DNA of 43,495 nucleotides from a virus: UHGV virus genome UHGV-0404561; one strand, 5' to 3'. Shown piece by piece: positions 35,313 to 43,495 of this stretch (position 1 is its first letter; each line of letters starts with the position of its first letter). The notes under the pieces were generated by a model. It saw only the letters and a program-made list of their open reading frames with translations, ran no database searches and was not told where the DNA came from. The position numbers and the translations under genes were made by a program.

Positions 35313-35486
35313 TTATGCAACTTTATCCTCTGCCTCCAGGAAGGCTGCAACAGCCTTTTTTATCAGCCACGCTATGGTTCTTTCATTCTTCTGGCAGTAA
35401 GCCACTACTTGCCGGAGCTGCACAGGATCCATGCTCACGCTCTGTCTGACGGCTTTATCTTCTGCTTTCTTCTTCGGTCTTGCCAT
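35313..35486 (-). CDS. Ribbon-helix-helix DNA-binding protein (57 aa), below the ORF-track cutoff
   Basis: Minus-strand translation MARPKKKAEDKAVRQSVSMDPVQLRQVVAYCQKNERTIAWLIKKAVAAFLEAEDKVA. RBS GGGAGGTAG. Confidence 0.55.
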   Translation of the reverse strand: MARPKKKAEDKAVRQSVSMDPVQLRQVVAYCQKNERTIAWLIKKAVAAFLEAEDKVA

Positions 35487-35539
35487 ATCACTACCTCCCT
35501 TTCCGTATGCTTATTAAATTTTGGGTTATTTCAGTTTAT

Positions 35540-36247
35540 TTACGCAATCCATGCTTCTGGCGGGAGCGCATCTGTATAGCGTTCAAATTCTCTCCATTCT
35601 TTGCTGTACTTCGCATACCACCCTTGTTTTGTGGATGCTACTTCATAAATTCTCTCGATCTCTTTTATCACCTGCAAATGCCCCTTGTTTTGGTCTCGCA
35701 AAATGTCAATGGCCGCTTTCAAACTATCATACCTGTTCCGTAGCCCAACGTAAGCCGAATAAACCTTAAAACACTGTCTGGCCGCAGCAATCATTTCGTC
35801 CTTCGTCATCCGTTTCAATTTCTTTTTAGCTTCGTCTTCTGCCCAAGAATTAAAACACTCTATTCCGAAATAGTCCTGTTCGTACTCATCAAAGCCAAGC
35901 AGTCCCCCGTAGATCTCTCCAGCTCCTGCTGCAACAAAGAATATATCAAAACAATCTGGGACCCATTCACCTTCGATATCCTCAGACATTCTTTCGCATT
36001 CTGCGCAAAGATCCGCAAAAGCCATTCTAAATTCATATGCCTCGTCTTCATCCCCATCCAAAGCATTGATAAGGCTATCATTCCCGTCTTCGGAATCTGT
36101 GTACCAGCGTACCTCTTCGCAGGATTCTTGGATGTCCCATAAATCTTGTTGGATAAATTCAAGGTTGAGATTTTTGACAATAGGCTTTTTGTATCTCAGT
36201 TCTTTTGCCTTAAACCGTTTCGTTTCCTCTGCATCTACCATTTCCAT
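35540..36247 (-). CDS. Acidic hypothetical early protein (235 aa)
   Basis: ORF preceded by the conserved upstream motif + RBS. Confidence 0.5.
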   Translation of the reverse strand: MEMVDAEETKRFKAKELRYKKPIVKNLNLEFIQQDLWDIQESCEEVRWYTDSEDGNDSLINALDGDEDEAYEFRMAFADLCAECERMSEDIEGEWVPDCFDIFFVAAGAGEIYGGLLGFDEYEQDYFGIECFNSWAEDEAKKKLKRMTKDEMIAAARQCFKVYSAYVGLRNRYDSLKAAIDILRDQNKGHLQVIKEIERIYEVASTKQGWYAKYSKEWREFERYTDALPPEAWIA

Positions 36248-36256
36248 GCTCCTACA

Positions 36257-36550
36257 TTAAATCTTAACTTTCAGTTCTTCTATGGCTTTTTTATATTTCT
36301 GTACCATTTTATCGAAAAACTCAGCCATTTCTACAAGAGCTTTCTCCTTTGCTTCATTCATATCTTCCGTTTCCAAAGGTACCTTGTTAATATTCAATTC
36401 ATAGCATGATAACAACCATTCATTGCCATAATCTATATGTTTATAAACCCTAAACCTAATTCCATTAGCCTCATTTTCTAATACACGTATTTCGCTTTTT
36501 ATGTCATTTCGACTATACACAGTGATATCTTTATACATCTTTCCCTCCAC
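36257..36550 (-). CDS. Hypothetical early protein (97 aa)
   Basis: ORF preceded by the conserved upstream motif + RBS. Confidence 0.5.
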   Translation of the reverse strand: MEGKMYKDITVYSRNDIKSEIRVLENEANGIRFRVYKHIDYGNEWLLSCYELNINKVPLETEDMNEAKEKALVEMAEFFDKMVQKYKKAIEELKVKI

Positions 36551-36556
36551 AAAATC

Positions 36557-36775
36557 TTAATTCACTCGCATTTCTTTCGCAGCCCGCATTAACGGGCATC
36601 TATTGCATTTATTATTATCGATTGCGGATGCATAAGCATCAGCTAGTACGCTGTGGTTATGCTCCGCAATATGCAGCAGCTCAATTAACTGCTGCTTTTT
36701 CATGTTGTTCAGCGTGGAATCTGCTGGAAGTGGTTTCCCGATCACGCCCTTGTCAAATCCATTAAAATTAACCAT
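36557..36775 (-). CDS. Hypothetical early protein (72 aa)
   Basis: ORF preceded by the conserved upstream motif + GGAGG. Confidence 0.45.
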   Translation of the reverse strand: MVNFNGFDKGVIGKPLPADSTLNNMKKQQLIELLHIAEHNHSVLADAYASAIDNNKCNRCPLMRAAKEMRVN

Positions 36776-36803
36776 CTAGCACCTCCAAATCTTAACTTTC
36801 AGT

Positions 36804-37031
36804 TTATCTGCGATAATCAAACCAGTTATCACTGCCAGGAAATTTAACTCTAATCTTTTTGGGAGCACCAGACCGGTCTACTCCAATAGGATTGTATTCC
36901 CCGATAATTGTTGCCTTTTCTAACAACTTATGGTTCTCTTCGCATTCCATTGCCTTTTCTCTGTCGGCATAATCCGTACGACAAACGTCACAGGTATATA
37001 ATACTTTCTGTTTCATACGCACCTCCATCAA
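36804..37031 (-). CDS. Hypothetical early protein with CxxC...C-x-E-x-H (75 aa)
   Basis: ORF preceded by the conserved upstream motif + GGAGG. Confidence 0.45.
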   Translation of the reverse strand: MMEVRMKQKVLYTCDVCRTDYADREKAMECEENHKLLEKATIIGEYNPIGVDRSGAPKKIRVKFPGSDNWFDYRR

Positions 37032-37237
37032 ATCTTAATTTTGCTTATCTCGTGATTTTCTTCTGGATTTCAAAAGATAGTCACGAGATAAAACGCTTGC
37101 AAGTCCGCTATCAGTCAGCCCCTCGCCTCTGTAAATCCGACTTTCACGGTTGGCAGCACCGGCTCTATAGACTAATTTCATCCGGCTTCCAGTTCCATCA
37201 TTTTAGGGTATCTTAACTTTCAGTTGTCCATTCATAG

Positions 37238-37993
37238 TTACTCATATGTTGGCTCCGGCTTTGTGTCCGAATAGACATCATCTTCATCGCTCAACTCGTC
37301 AGCAATAATTCTGACATCTGCTCTCTGCAGCTTTAAAAGTAATAAGTCAAACGCATCCAGATTTCTAAGGGAATTCAGATTCGGGTTTGTATCTACTCTT
37401 ATTTCCCATCCATCCTTTCTATCTCCATCCCACTTAGAGAGACGTATTGTTCTGTTAAGTTCCTCCTGCTGTTCCTCTTCATCCACTGTAAAATCAATAG
37501 TGGCATATTTGAATGAACTCCAGCTTCTCTCACGATCCTCCTCAAATTCAAAGAAAACAGTCATTGCCTCATACTCTGGTGACTCATCCCATTCAACTTT
37601 TCTGTCATAGGTATCCATATTTCTTGCGACAAACTTTTTGTATTCCTTAAACAAATCCGTTAATTTCATTTCTGTTATCTGAGGTTCTTTCATCAAATAC
37701 TGGAAATTTTCCAACATTTGCTTATTATCCATAAGAACAGATTTATTAACTATTTCCGTAAGAACTGTATCTAATTTTACTATATAGGCAGACATATCAT
37801 AGTTTTCAATAAACGGAACTAAAACCTGCTCAACTCTTTCTTTGACCGCCTTTTCAAGCTTTCCATAATTAAATGAACTAGCTATTGCTTTTTCTATTCC
37901 ATCCGTCACCTTTTCTCTAATAATCTGATCAACAGTTCCATCAGATAGGATTTCATCTGTGATTCTCTTAATATCTTCATCAAAATTTGCCAT
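37238..37993 (-). CDS. Acidic hypothetical early protein (251 aa)
   Basis: ORF preceded by motif + AGGAGG. Confidence 0.5.
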   Translation of the reverse strand: MANFDEDIKRITDEILSDGTVDQIIREKVTDGIEKAIASSFNYGKLEKAVKERVEQVLVPFIENYDMSAYIVKLDTVLTEIVNKSVLMDNKQMLENFQYLMKEPQITEMKLTDLFKEYKKFVARNMDTYDRKVEWDESPEYEAMTVFFEFEEDRERSWSSFKYATIDFTVDEEEQQEELNRTIRLSKWDGDRKDGWEIRVDTNPNLNSLRNLDAFDLLLLKLQRADVRIIADELSDEDDVYSDTKPEPTYE

Positions 37994-38020
37994 ACTATTT
38001 TCCTCCTAAATATCTTAATT

Positions 38021-38509
38021 TCAGTTTAGTTTTTTACTCCATCGTTGTTTTTTCTTGTTCACTGGATATTTTTCACGCTCTGGAAACAGCGAAAGTTGTG
38101 ATGCAATAACCTCCCTTGGCCTACTTGGCGTATTCCAATCGGCACCACCCACTCCATCAGCTTCTAGCGTCCATCCTGCCGCCTTCAAGCTTGTTCCCGG
38201 TTCTGATTCCAGAATATACGTTACAATCTTTGCATATCCCATTTCTTTTGCCACCCGCGCCGCTCGACTGTAAAGAAAGCTGCATACATCCTTTTCCCCA
38301 TTGGTGCATAATCTCAGCACCTCTAATGTTTTTCCATCATCCAGCACCCTGGAAACCGGTCTTCCGACCTGCACAACACCGACAATTTCCCCATTCTGCA
38401 TAGCAGCAATACGGTACTTGTCTCGGTGCGCCGCTTGATGATGTCTATGGTAAGTGTTTATGTATTTCTGCGCATCTTTCAACTCCATCGGTACCGCAAT
38501 CATTGTCAT
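38021..38509 (-). CDS. Conserved hypothetical phage protein (162 aa), possibly GNAT-like fold
   Basis: ORF with motif + RBS upstream. Assignment tentative. Confidence 0.45.
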   Translation of the reverse strand: MTMIAVPMELKDAQKYINTYHRHHQAAHRDKYRIAAMQNGEIVGVVQVGRPVSRVLDDGKTLEVLRLCTNGEKDVCSFLYSRAARVAKEMGYAKIVTYILESEPGTSLKAAGWTLEADGVGGADWNTPSRPREVIASQLSLFPEREKYPVNKKKQRWSKKLN

Positions 38510-38519
38510 GATTCATCTC

Positions 38520-38972
38520 CTAAATCTTAATTTCGCATAACTGTTTTTTATGGTTCTGATTAAGACCGATTACTTCATCTATGCTGTCCCAATCAAACTC
38601 AATATTGTATTTTCGCTGTAATTCTTCCGCATAATCCTTTACGGTTTCATACTGGCACCCAAACGGGTCCACGGCGTCCATCATATCGCAAAGGTTGATA
38701 AACGCATCCTTCCATCTTAACAACCGATCACGACCAAATCCAAACGCCTGATTAAGTGAAAACATCACTGTAGGCACGAATGTGGCCAGGATTCTGTGCG
38801 CCAACATTTCACTAAGCTCTTCAGCTTTTTTGCTGGATATCTCCATAGGGATAAAGTAAGCATTTCTGACTTTCAGCTCTTTTTTCAATGCCTCTACCAC
38901 GCCTTTTTCTACGATCTCCAGGGCGTATGCTAAACCATCCATCCTGGCTTTGTAAAATTTGTCCGTTTTCAT
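38520..38972 (-). CDS. Hypothetical early protein (150 aa)
   Basis: ORF. Confidence 0.45.
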   Translation of the reverse strand: MKTDKFYKARMDGLAYALEIVEKGVVEALKKELKVRNAYFIPMEISSKKAEELSEMLAHRILATFVPTVMFSLNQAFGFGRDRLLRWKDAFINLCDMMDAVDPFGCQYETVKDYAEELQRKYNIEFDWDSIDEVIGLNQNHKKQLCEIKI

Positions 38973-39303
38973 CTTTCTTCTCCTCTTGGTGCTTCCTTGT
39001 GGTCCCTCCTTTTGGGGCGAGTTTTTGGAGGACTATGATAGATTCCCGCCCCAGGTTAATGGTCAAAGAGTATATCGTGACATATAAACCGACCGCAAGT
39101 TTTTTATCTATGTATCATCCCCGTTTGGGATCGGGGTGGATACCTTTTTTATAGCTTTATGCGTCCGTCTGTTTGGATCTGGGCATAAAGCCGTGCCGTC
39201 ATATGCTGGTCTCCTGAAGCTTTCGCTCATGGGAGATGGGTATTTTTCCAAATCTGCCAGCTCAGCCATTTTCTTTTTTCTGCTTTTTTCCTGGTATATA
39301 ACT

Positions 39304-39903
39304 TTATCCTTGTGACTTATCATTATCCATCCACTCTTTTACTTTATCTTGCATTATGCTGTCATAATCAGTGTCTCGCTGATCGTAGTTAAAAAAGGCA
39401 TTCTGTTTCTTAGTCTGGCTTTTCCCAGACTTTGCTGACTTATCTTGTTCCCTTGCAAACCAGCTATTCAAAAACCGTGGTGCACCTTTTCGTGTTTTTC
39501 GGCGTGTAGGGTTCGAATCACACCACCCAATAATCTTGTTAAGCTCTTGCTCACACTCAACGCCCGGGTACAACTTTTGCATCTTATCAAGTGCAGTTTT
39601 TGTTACTTCATATAATGTTCCATCATTAAGCTTAAATGCTCCAACTACAGGCCCGTTTTCTTCTTCCGGAATATCTTCCGCCGGTCTCCCACCTTTTGCT
39701 CCATTGGCCTTTCGCTTGATATTGGCATCGATTTGAGGCTTAGCCATCTCGTATATGGACATATACAGCTCTCCATTGTCTTCCGGTTCTTCTCCTTCCA
39801 GCCCATAATCAATGATTGCCCATAGAGCTTTAAGCTGTTGGTTTTCTGGCAGCCGCTTGATAGCTTTTGAAAAACTGCTGTAAAAAATCAAGCTATCTCT
39901 CAT
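39304..39903 (-). CDS. Putative replication-associated protein (replisome-organiser / DnaD-like C-terminal region?)
   Basis: Position within the recombination/replication module. C-terminal ...NKIIGWCDSNPTRRKTRKGAPRFLNSWF resembles phage replication protein C-terminal motifs. Tentative. Confidence 0.4.
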   Translation of the reverse strand: MRDSLIFYSSFSKAIKRLPENQQLKALWAIIDYGLEGEEPEDNGELYMSIYEMAKPQIDANIKRKANGAKGGRPAEDIPEEENGPVVGAFKLNDGTLYEVTKTALDKMQKLYPGVECEQELNKIIGWCDSNPTRRKTRKGAPRFLNSWFAREQDKSAKSGKSQTKKQNAFFNYDQRDTDYDSIMQDKVKEWMDNDKSQG

Positions 39904-40261
39904 TTCTCCCAGCCTCCCACTCCCGGTAAATTTTTATCCAGTCGGAAAGCCGCATGGTCACAAGCCATTCGCAGCGATCCCGCCTGTGGAATACCGCCGG
40001 GAGGAGTCCGGGAAGCGCATCATGCACTGCCTGTGCTACCGCATCCAGAAGATTGAGTTTCTCAACCCTCTTGCACTCAACGTGGATACCTGGAAGTCCA
40101 ATCACATCAGCATTACCTGCTGCGCCGCAGTATTGCTGCCCTCTTCTGGCATCGTATCCGTACTCCCGGAACACTCCGGCGAGCTCCCTTTCTCCGCGTT
40201 TTCCCTTTTCTCTCTGTGTCTTACCCATCACAACAACCTCCAAACAATGATAGCTGCTCAT
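39893..40261 (-). CDS. PD-(D/E)xK Holliday junction resolvase, Hjc/RecU-like
   Basis: GKRGERELAGVFREYGYDARRG...ADVIGLPGIHVECKRVEK fits the Hjc pattern (E...D...E-x-K). Confidence 0.55.
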   Translation of the reverse strand: MSSYHCLEVVVMGKTQREKGKRGERELAGVFREYGYDARRGQQYCGAAGNADVIGLPGIHVECKRVEKLNLLDAVAQAVHDALPGLLPAVFHRRDRCEWLVTMRLSDWIKIYREWEAGRNER

Positions 40262-40625
40262 ATTTCTCTTTATCAGGTGGCTTCATGTTCCTCGCGAAAC
40301 GCTTAGCACCTCTTTCTGCCGTCTTTATGCTTCTGCATCTTCTATCCTGTGTCTCAATCCATCGGACCGCTTCACGCCGTCCCTGTGCATCTGTACGTGG
40401 GATATAATAGCCCAGTCCGTTATCTGCTGTGAGAATTGGGCGATCATACCGCAGTATCTCAATCGCTTTCCGCACCGCCCTGTCTGGTAATCCAGTTACC
40501 CGGCATAATTCCCTGCGGCTCGTGGCGTTTTCCTTACCTACACCAATCGCATTATATACAGTTGCTGTTGCAGCAGATGTTAATCTAAAATCCATAGCTT
40601 TCCTTTCTGCTTGCCTGCATGTCAT
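40221..40625 (-). CDS. Winged-helix DNA-binding protein (putative)
   Basis: RRELCRVTGLPDRAVRKAIEILRYDRPILTADNGLGYYI is a wHTH-like segment. Confidence 0.4.
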   Translation of the reverse strand: MTCRQAERKAMDFRLTSAATATVYNAIGVGKENATSRRELCRVTGLPDRAVRKAIEILRYDRPILTADNGLGYYIPRTDAQGRREAVRWIETQDRRCRSIKTAERGAKRFARNMKPPDKEKYEQLSLFGGCCDG

Positions 40626-40909
40626 AAATATGATTTTCCAAACTCCCTCCGGAAATCTTCCCGGCTCCCGTAGTGAGTCTCATAATACTGCTGTGCCTTA
40701 CATTTTAGGATCTCGTCAAACCTCTGGTCCATGTGGACACTGTACGGCGTCATATTGTGCCAGTCCGGGCGGAGCGGCACCAGAAACCCATATTTCTCTG
40801 ACAGCTTCCGGTTTGCCCCGTTAAACACATGATGGATAGCCACGTTACTTGATCCGGTGATGATGCAATGCTCCAGATCATCTGCTAAAACACTATACAG
40901 TCTTTTCAT
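40622..40909 (-). CDS. Small HNH-endonuclease-like protein (95 aa)
   Basis: CIITGSSNVAIHHVFNGANRKLSEKYGFLVPLRPDWH has HH...N...H spacing typical of HNH. Confidence 0.5.
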   Translation of the reverse strand: MKRLYSVLADDLEHCIITGSSNVAIHHVFNGANRKLSEKYGFLVPLRPDWHNMTPYSVHMDQRFDEILKCKAQQYYETHYGSREDFRREFGKSYL

Positions 40910-40920
40910 GTTTTAAGCTC

Positions 40921-41511
40921 CTAACTCGTTTTGGTGGTTTCAACAAAACGTTGGTGGTTTTGCTCATAGAGCTGTTTCATCCGTTCCAACTCCTCTGGTG
41001 TGGCTGTCTCTATCCCGATCGCCTTACATTCGCTTATTAGGCCATCCAGAAGGTGTGTCATTTCTGCGCTGTCGTAATTGCTGGATCCTTTAAGTAGCAC
41101 ATAGGTTCTATAGCTTACGCCATCACTTCCAGCCACGACCTGTGATGTAGGTTTTAAATGAAATGTTTCTCTTTCAATCACATCATTTTCCGCTTCTTCT
41201 GTGTCAGGTATCCGCGCATAGTATCGAGAACCATCGAACAGCTCTACCTGTCCATATCCTCTAAGCATAAGATTATGCGCTCTTGGCTTTGAGATATGTG
41301 CTCCCTCTGCCAGCTTAGACAGCAATACCCAGTAATAAGAATTGCTGTCAAGGCTGCGCTTGTCTCGCCATTGCTTTGCAGTCAGCCTAAGGGGTTTATC
41401 CCGCATTCCATCAATCTGACCTGATATATCATCTTCAGCTTCGAAAGTTACACGGAATTTTCCCGTTGCCCAGTCTCGCGTTACATCAGTTAATGTGCAT
41501 TTACACTCCAT
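40921..41511 (-). CDS. Hypothetical recombination/replication-module protein (196 aa)
   Basis: ORF, position only. Confidence 0.45.
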   Translation of the reverse strand: MECKCTLTDVTRDWATGKFRVTFEAEDDISGQIDGMRDKPLRLTAKQWRDKRSLDSNSYYWVLLSKLAEGAHISKPRAHNLMLRGYGQVELFDGSRYYARIPDTEEAENDVIERETFHLKPTSQVVAGSDGVSYRTYVLLKGSSNYDSAEMTHLLDGLISECKAIGIETATPEELERMKQLYEQNHQRFVETTKTS

Positions 41512-41519
41512 AAGCTACC

Positions 41520-42149
41520 TCACTTCCGCGTAAGACTCTCATCTGCCTTGTCTGGCTTTTTATTGAGTATTTCCATTGCTTTTTTCCAATCCTCAAGGCT
41601 AAGATCATGTACGTCAGTCACATTGTATGTCTGCAATATTCCTTTAAGGCCTACCCCAGTTCGTTGAAGCTCGGCAAACAATTCATTGACGTACCCCGCT
41701 TCAAGCGCTGGCTTGCTCGGCAGCGGTGTTTCTGCGTCCGGGTCTTTCATTTCTTCTGTCGGGATACAAAAAACCTGGAAACAAGCATATTTAAATGCGA
41801 TTGACATCGCCTTGTTTGTTGCTTTATCCCCGCTGTCCATTCCTTCACCAATCACCGTTGCAGATACGGAAGATCCATCTTCTGCATAAAAGGTATATTT
41901 CACAGTGCAGATGGAGTAGATCAGGTTCCCGCCCTTTGCTGTATGACGCTCTTCACGTTTCTGTTCCATAATCTCCGGCACAACAAATAATTTGTGTTTA
42001 ATCAGTGCCGGATTGATCGCGTTCATGACTGCATCGATGCCGCGGTACATGAATCGCTGCTGCTCATTTCGACTATCCTTGCCAACCGCTCCGATCTCAG
42101 CCATTACGGCTGTAATCGTCTCATAAATGTTTTTCTTCTTCTCATCCAT
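41520..42149 (-). CDS. ERF-family single-strand annealing protein
   Basis: NIYETITAVMAEIGAVGKDSRNEQQRFMYRGIDAVMNAINPALIKHKLFVVP matches the ERF N-terminal core. Follows a Gp157-family gene, as is typical. Confidence 0.7.
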   Translation of the reverse strand: MDEKKKNIYETITAVMAEIGAVGKDSRNEQQRFMYRGIDAVMNAINPALIKHKLFVVPEIMEQKREERHTAKGGNLIYSICTVKYTFYAEDGSSVSATVIGEGMDSGDKATNKAMSIAFKYACFQVFCIPTEEMKDPDAETPLPSKPALEAGYVNELFAELQRTGVGLKGILQTYNVTDVHDLSLEDWKKAMEILNKKPDKADESLTRK

Positions 42150-42167
42150 GCTCTCACCTACTTAATC

Positions 42168-42659
42168 CTACTTAATCTGGAGATTCTGCCTTGCGATCAG
42201 CCGTGCCCCTTCGATTTCTGTACCACTTTTTAAAAGTTTCTTAAGTGCTGTCTTATCCACTACCGGATCAGCGATCTTAATGCAGGATTGCGGCAAGGCG
42301 CTGACATCACCAGAAAACTCAACAGCTTCTGACTTTCTCCATGATGCTGATACGCGCTCTGTCTGGAACTTCTGCCCATTCAGCACCCCACTGACATACT
42401 TTTTAAGGCTTTCGGCTTTCGCTTCCGCTCTTGATTGTCGATCTGCAAAGGCCATTTTTTCTTTTTTCAGTGCCTCTGCATCCGACTGCAAATTTTTAAT
42501 CCATAAAAGGATATTTTCTATTTTCTCATTAAGATCGCACTGTAAGCTATCAATGGCCGCATACGCTTCTGTATCAACAATCTCTCCTGTCTCTGGATCT
42601 AAGGCATTTTCAAACGCATTCATAATTTCCGCGTTGATCTGGTATAAATTCACGTTCAC
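42168..42659 (-). CDS. Siphovirus Gp157-family protein
   Basis: MNVNLYQINAEIMNAFENALDPETGEIVD...IENILLWIKNLQSDAEALKKEKMAFADRQSRAE has the Gp157 hallmark pattern. Confidence 0.7.
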   Translation of the reverse strand: MNVNLYQINAEIMNAFENALDPETGEIVDTEAYAAIDSLQCDLNEKIENILLWIKNLQSDAEALKKEKMAFADRQSRAEAKAESLKKYVSGVLNGQKFQTERVSASWRKSEAVEFSGDVSALPQSCIKIADPVVDKTALKKLLKSGTEIEGARLIARQNLQIK

Positions 42660-42739
42660 ATTCCTCCATTACGTTCTGCCTGTTTTTTCTTTGTTTTGCC
42701 CTCTCTCTGCATTTACAGCACTCGTCTGCTTCGCAGCTA

Positions 42740-42913
42740 TCACACCGGCTGTTCATTTTCTTCACCATCAAGCAAAGCAATCATCACATCATCATCTACT
42801 ATAGTCCCCGATTTGGCTTTTAAATATGCCAGCGTTGCACTTACTCGTCCTTTTAATAAGACCAGCTCTGTAAACTCCTCATACGGGATTTCAATCTTTT
42901 TTTTCTCTTCCAT
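42740..42913 (-). CDS. Small hypothetical protein (57 aa), below the ORF-track cutoff
   Basis: Minus-strand translation MEEKKKIEIPYEEFTELVLLKGRVSATLAYLKAKSGTIVDDDVMIALLDGEENEQPV. Strong RBS GGAGGAATG. Confidence 0.45.
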   Translation of the reverse strand: MEEKKKIEIPYEEFTELVLLKGRVSATLAYLKAKSGTIVDDDVMIALLDGEENEQPV

Positions 42914-42964
42914 CTTGCATTCCTCCTGCGCACCTGCTAAACTGTAATTGTAATTTTTTTGTTA

Positions 42965-43005
42965 AAAGGCCGTTCAGCTCTGTCAAGCTTGCGGCCTTTT
43001 TCTTT
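42965..43005. terminator. GC-rich hairpin (AAGGCCG...CGGCCTT) flanked by T-runs on both strands, a candidate bidirectional terminator downstream of the 43100 gene
   Basis: aaaggccgttcagctctgtcaagcttgcggccttttt. This argues against the 90-aa ORF 42891..43163 being real. Confidence 0.5.
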
Positions 43006-43099
43006 GGCTTGGCATACCCAGTGTACTTACTGCCTCCGCATAACGCGGCCGCTCTGTTCGTGCCGTTTGCCCTCCTACTCATGATTTCCTCATTTTGGG

Positions 43100-43327
43100 T
43101 TAGATTGCATGTACCCACATAAATACCGCAAACACAGCGATCACAAATCCAAAACTTGCACATCCGACAACAAACACGGTTGTCAAAATGTCAAATGCCA
43201 TACCAAGCAAATCAAGCACCTTAAAAAACTTTTTCTCCTGTCTTGGAGCCTCTTCTTTTTCGCTTCTTACTGCCACATAACCAGGCATCTTGCCATTTTT
43301 CTCACTGACAAACGTAAGTCTTGCCAT
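43100..43327 (-). CDS. Small membrane protein with C-terminal TM helix (75 aa)
   Basis: LTTVFVVGCASFGFVIAVFAVFMWV hydrophobic tail. RBS present. Confidence 0.45.
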   Translation of the reverse strand: MARLTFVSEKNGKMPGYVAVRSEKEEAPRQEKKFFKVLDLLGMAFDILTTVFVVGCASFGFVIAVFAVFMWVHAI

Positions 43328-43388
43328 TTTTCTTTACCCCCTTATAGGCCACAGCAAGTTAGATACAAACCTCTTTTGGTTCTTCATT

Positions 43389-43495
43389 TTATTCCTCGTC
43401 TTTGCTTTTATGCACAACCATTTCAAATTTTCCACCATCTGGAATCATGATTTTTATAACCGGATAATTTTTAAAGTCTCGTGCAGTTGAGCTGC
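43389..43495 (-). CDS. 3' end of a CDS whose 5' part lies beyond the window end, proposed to be the same gene as 1..511 if the sequence is circular
   Basis: Open minus frame from the window end to stop TAA at 43389-43391 (...SSTARDFKNYPVIKIMIPDGGKFEMVVHKSKDEE*). Joining to position 1 is in frame. Confidence 0.5.
   Translation of the reverse strand, partial: SSTARDFKNYPVIKIMIPDGGKFEMVVHKSKDEE

Larger units (their letters stand above)
36259..38536 (-). promoter_or_regulatory. Seven copies of a conserved motif ACTGAAAGTTAAGATTT (minus sense), each ending about 2-10 nt before an SD or start codon of consecutive early genes. Plus-strand coordinates: 36259-36276, 36552-36565, 36786-36803, 37030-37044, 37210-37225, 38012-38026, 38522-38536
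   Basis: The plus strand reads AAATCTTAA(C/T)TT(T/C)AGTT each time. The spacing to the downstream GGAGG and ATG is fixed. Confidence 0.6.
1..43495. mobile_element. Temperate siphovirus-like phage genome: lysogeny module + attP at 1.7-5.0 kb, lysis/tail/head/packaging/early genes on the minus strand from 8.4 to 43.3 kb
   Basis: Contiguous minus-strand modules in canonical order (ERF/Gp157, terminase, portal, MCP, tail genes, tape measure, XkdX, endolysin) plus integrase, CI/Cro-like XRE pair, ImmA and an att-like site. The ends join in frame. Confidence 0.8.

Noticed and set aside
42891-43163. 90-aa minus ORF
   Set aside because: It contains the GC-rich terminator hairpin, overlaps the well-supported 57-aa gene and has odd composition. 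Likely non-coding.

Overview
The window looks like a complete or near-complete temperate siphovirus-like phage genome from a low/medium-GC Firmicute, likely Clostridia-like (choline-binding-repeat endolysin, XkdX, ERF/Gp157, ImmA/ImmR-type switch). Nearly all genes are on the minus strand in canonical order: replication/recombination early genes (43.3->35.5 kb); a mid-genome Xer-like tyrosine recombinase with zinc-ribbon and RHH genes (35.5->32.3 kb); TerS-TerL fusion terminase, portal, SPP1-gp7-like head morphogenesis; a ~5 kb non-structural insertion carrying a Gln/Thr/Met tRNA cluster, a plus-strand HNH homing endonuclease and several odd low-complexity proteins (28.0->23.0 kb); scaffold, major capsid, connectors, major tail, chaperones, tape measure, Dit/Tal/fibres, XkdX and an M15 peptidase endolysin (22.9->7.6 kb). 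An accessory locus under its own promoter (7.5->5.2 kb) encodes a 543-aa protein with three XRE HTH, two zinc-ribbon repeats and an AP2 domain, followed by an RHH/small-protein pair. The lysogeny module is at 1.7-4.9 kb: Cro-like and CI-like XRE regulators with apparently face-to-face promoters, an ImmA metallopeptidase, a PH-domain protein, a tyrosine integrase and an intact attP-like site (tRNA 3' fragment flanked by arm-type repeats). The two window ends join in frame into a single repeat-containing ORF, which argues that the sequence is circular and the window is one full genome unit. No CRISPR array or rRNA is present. All calls were made by eye from the sequence and ORF translations, with no searches run, so family assignments are motif-based.
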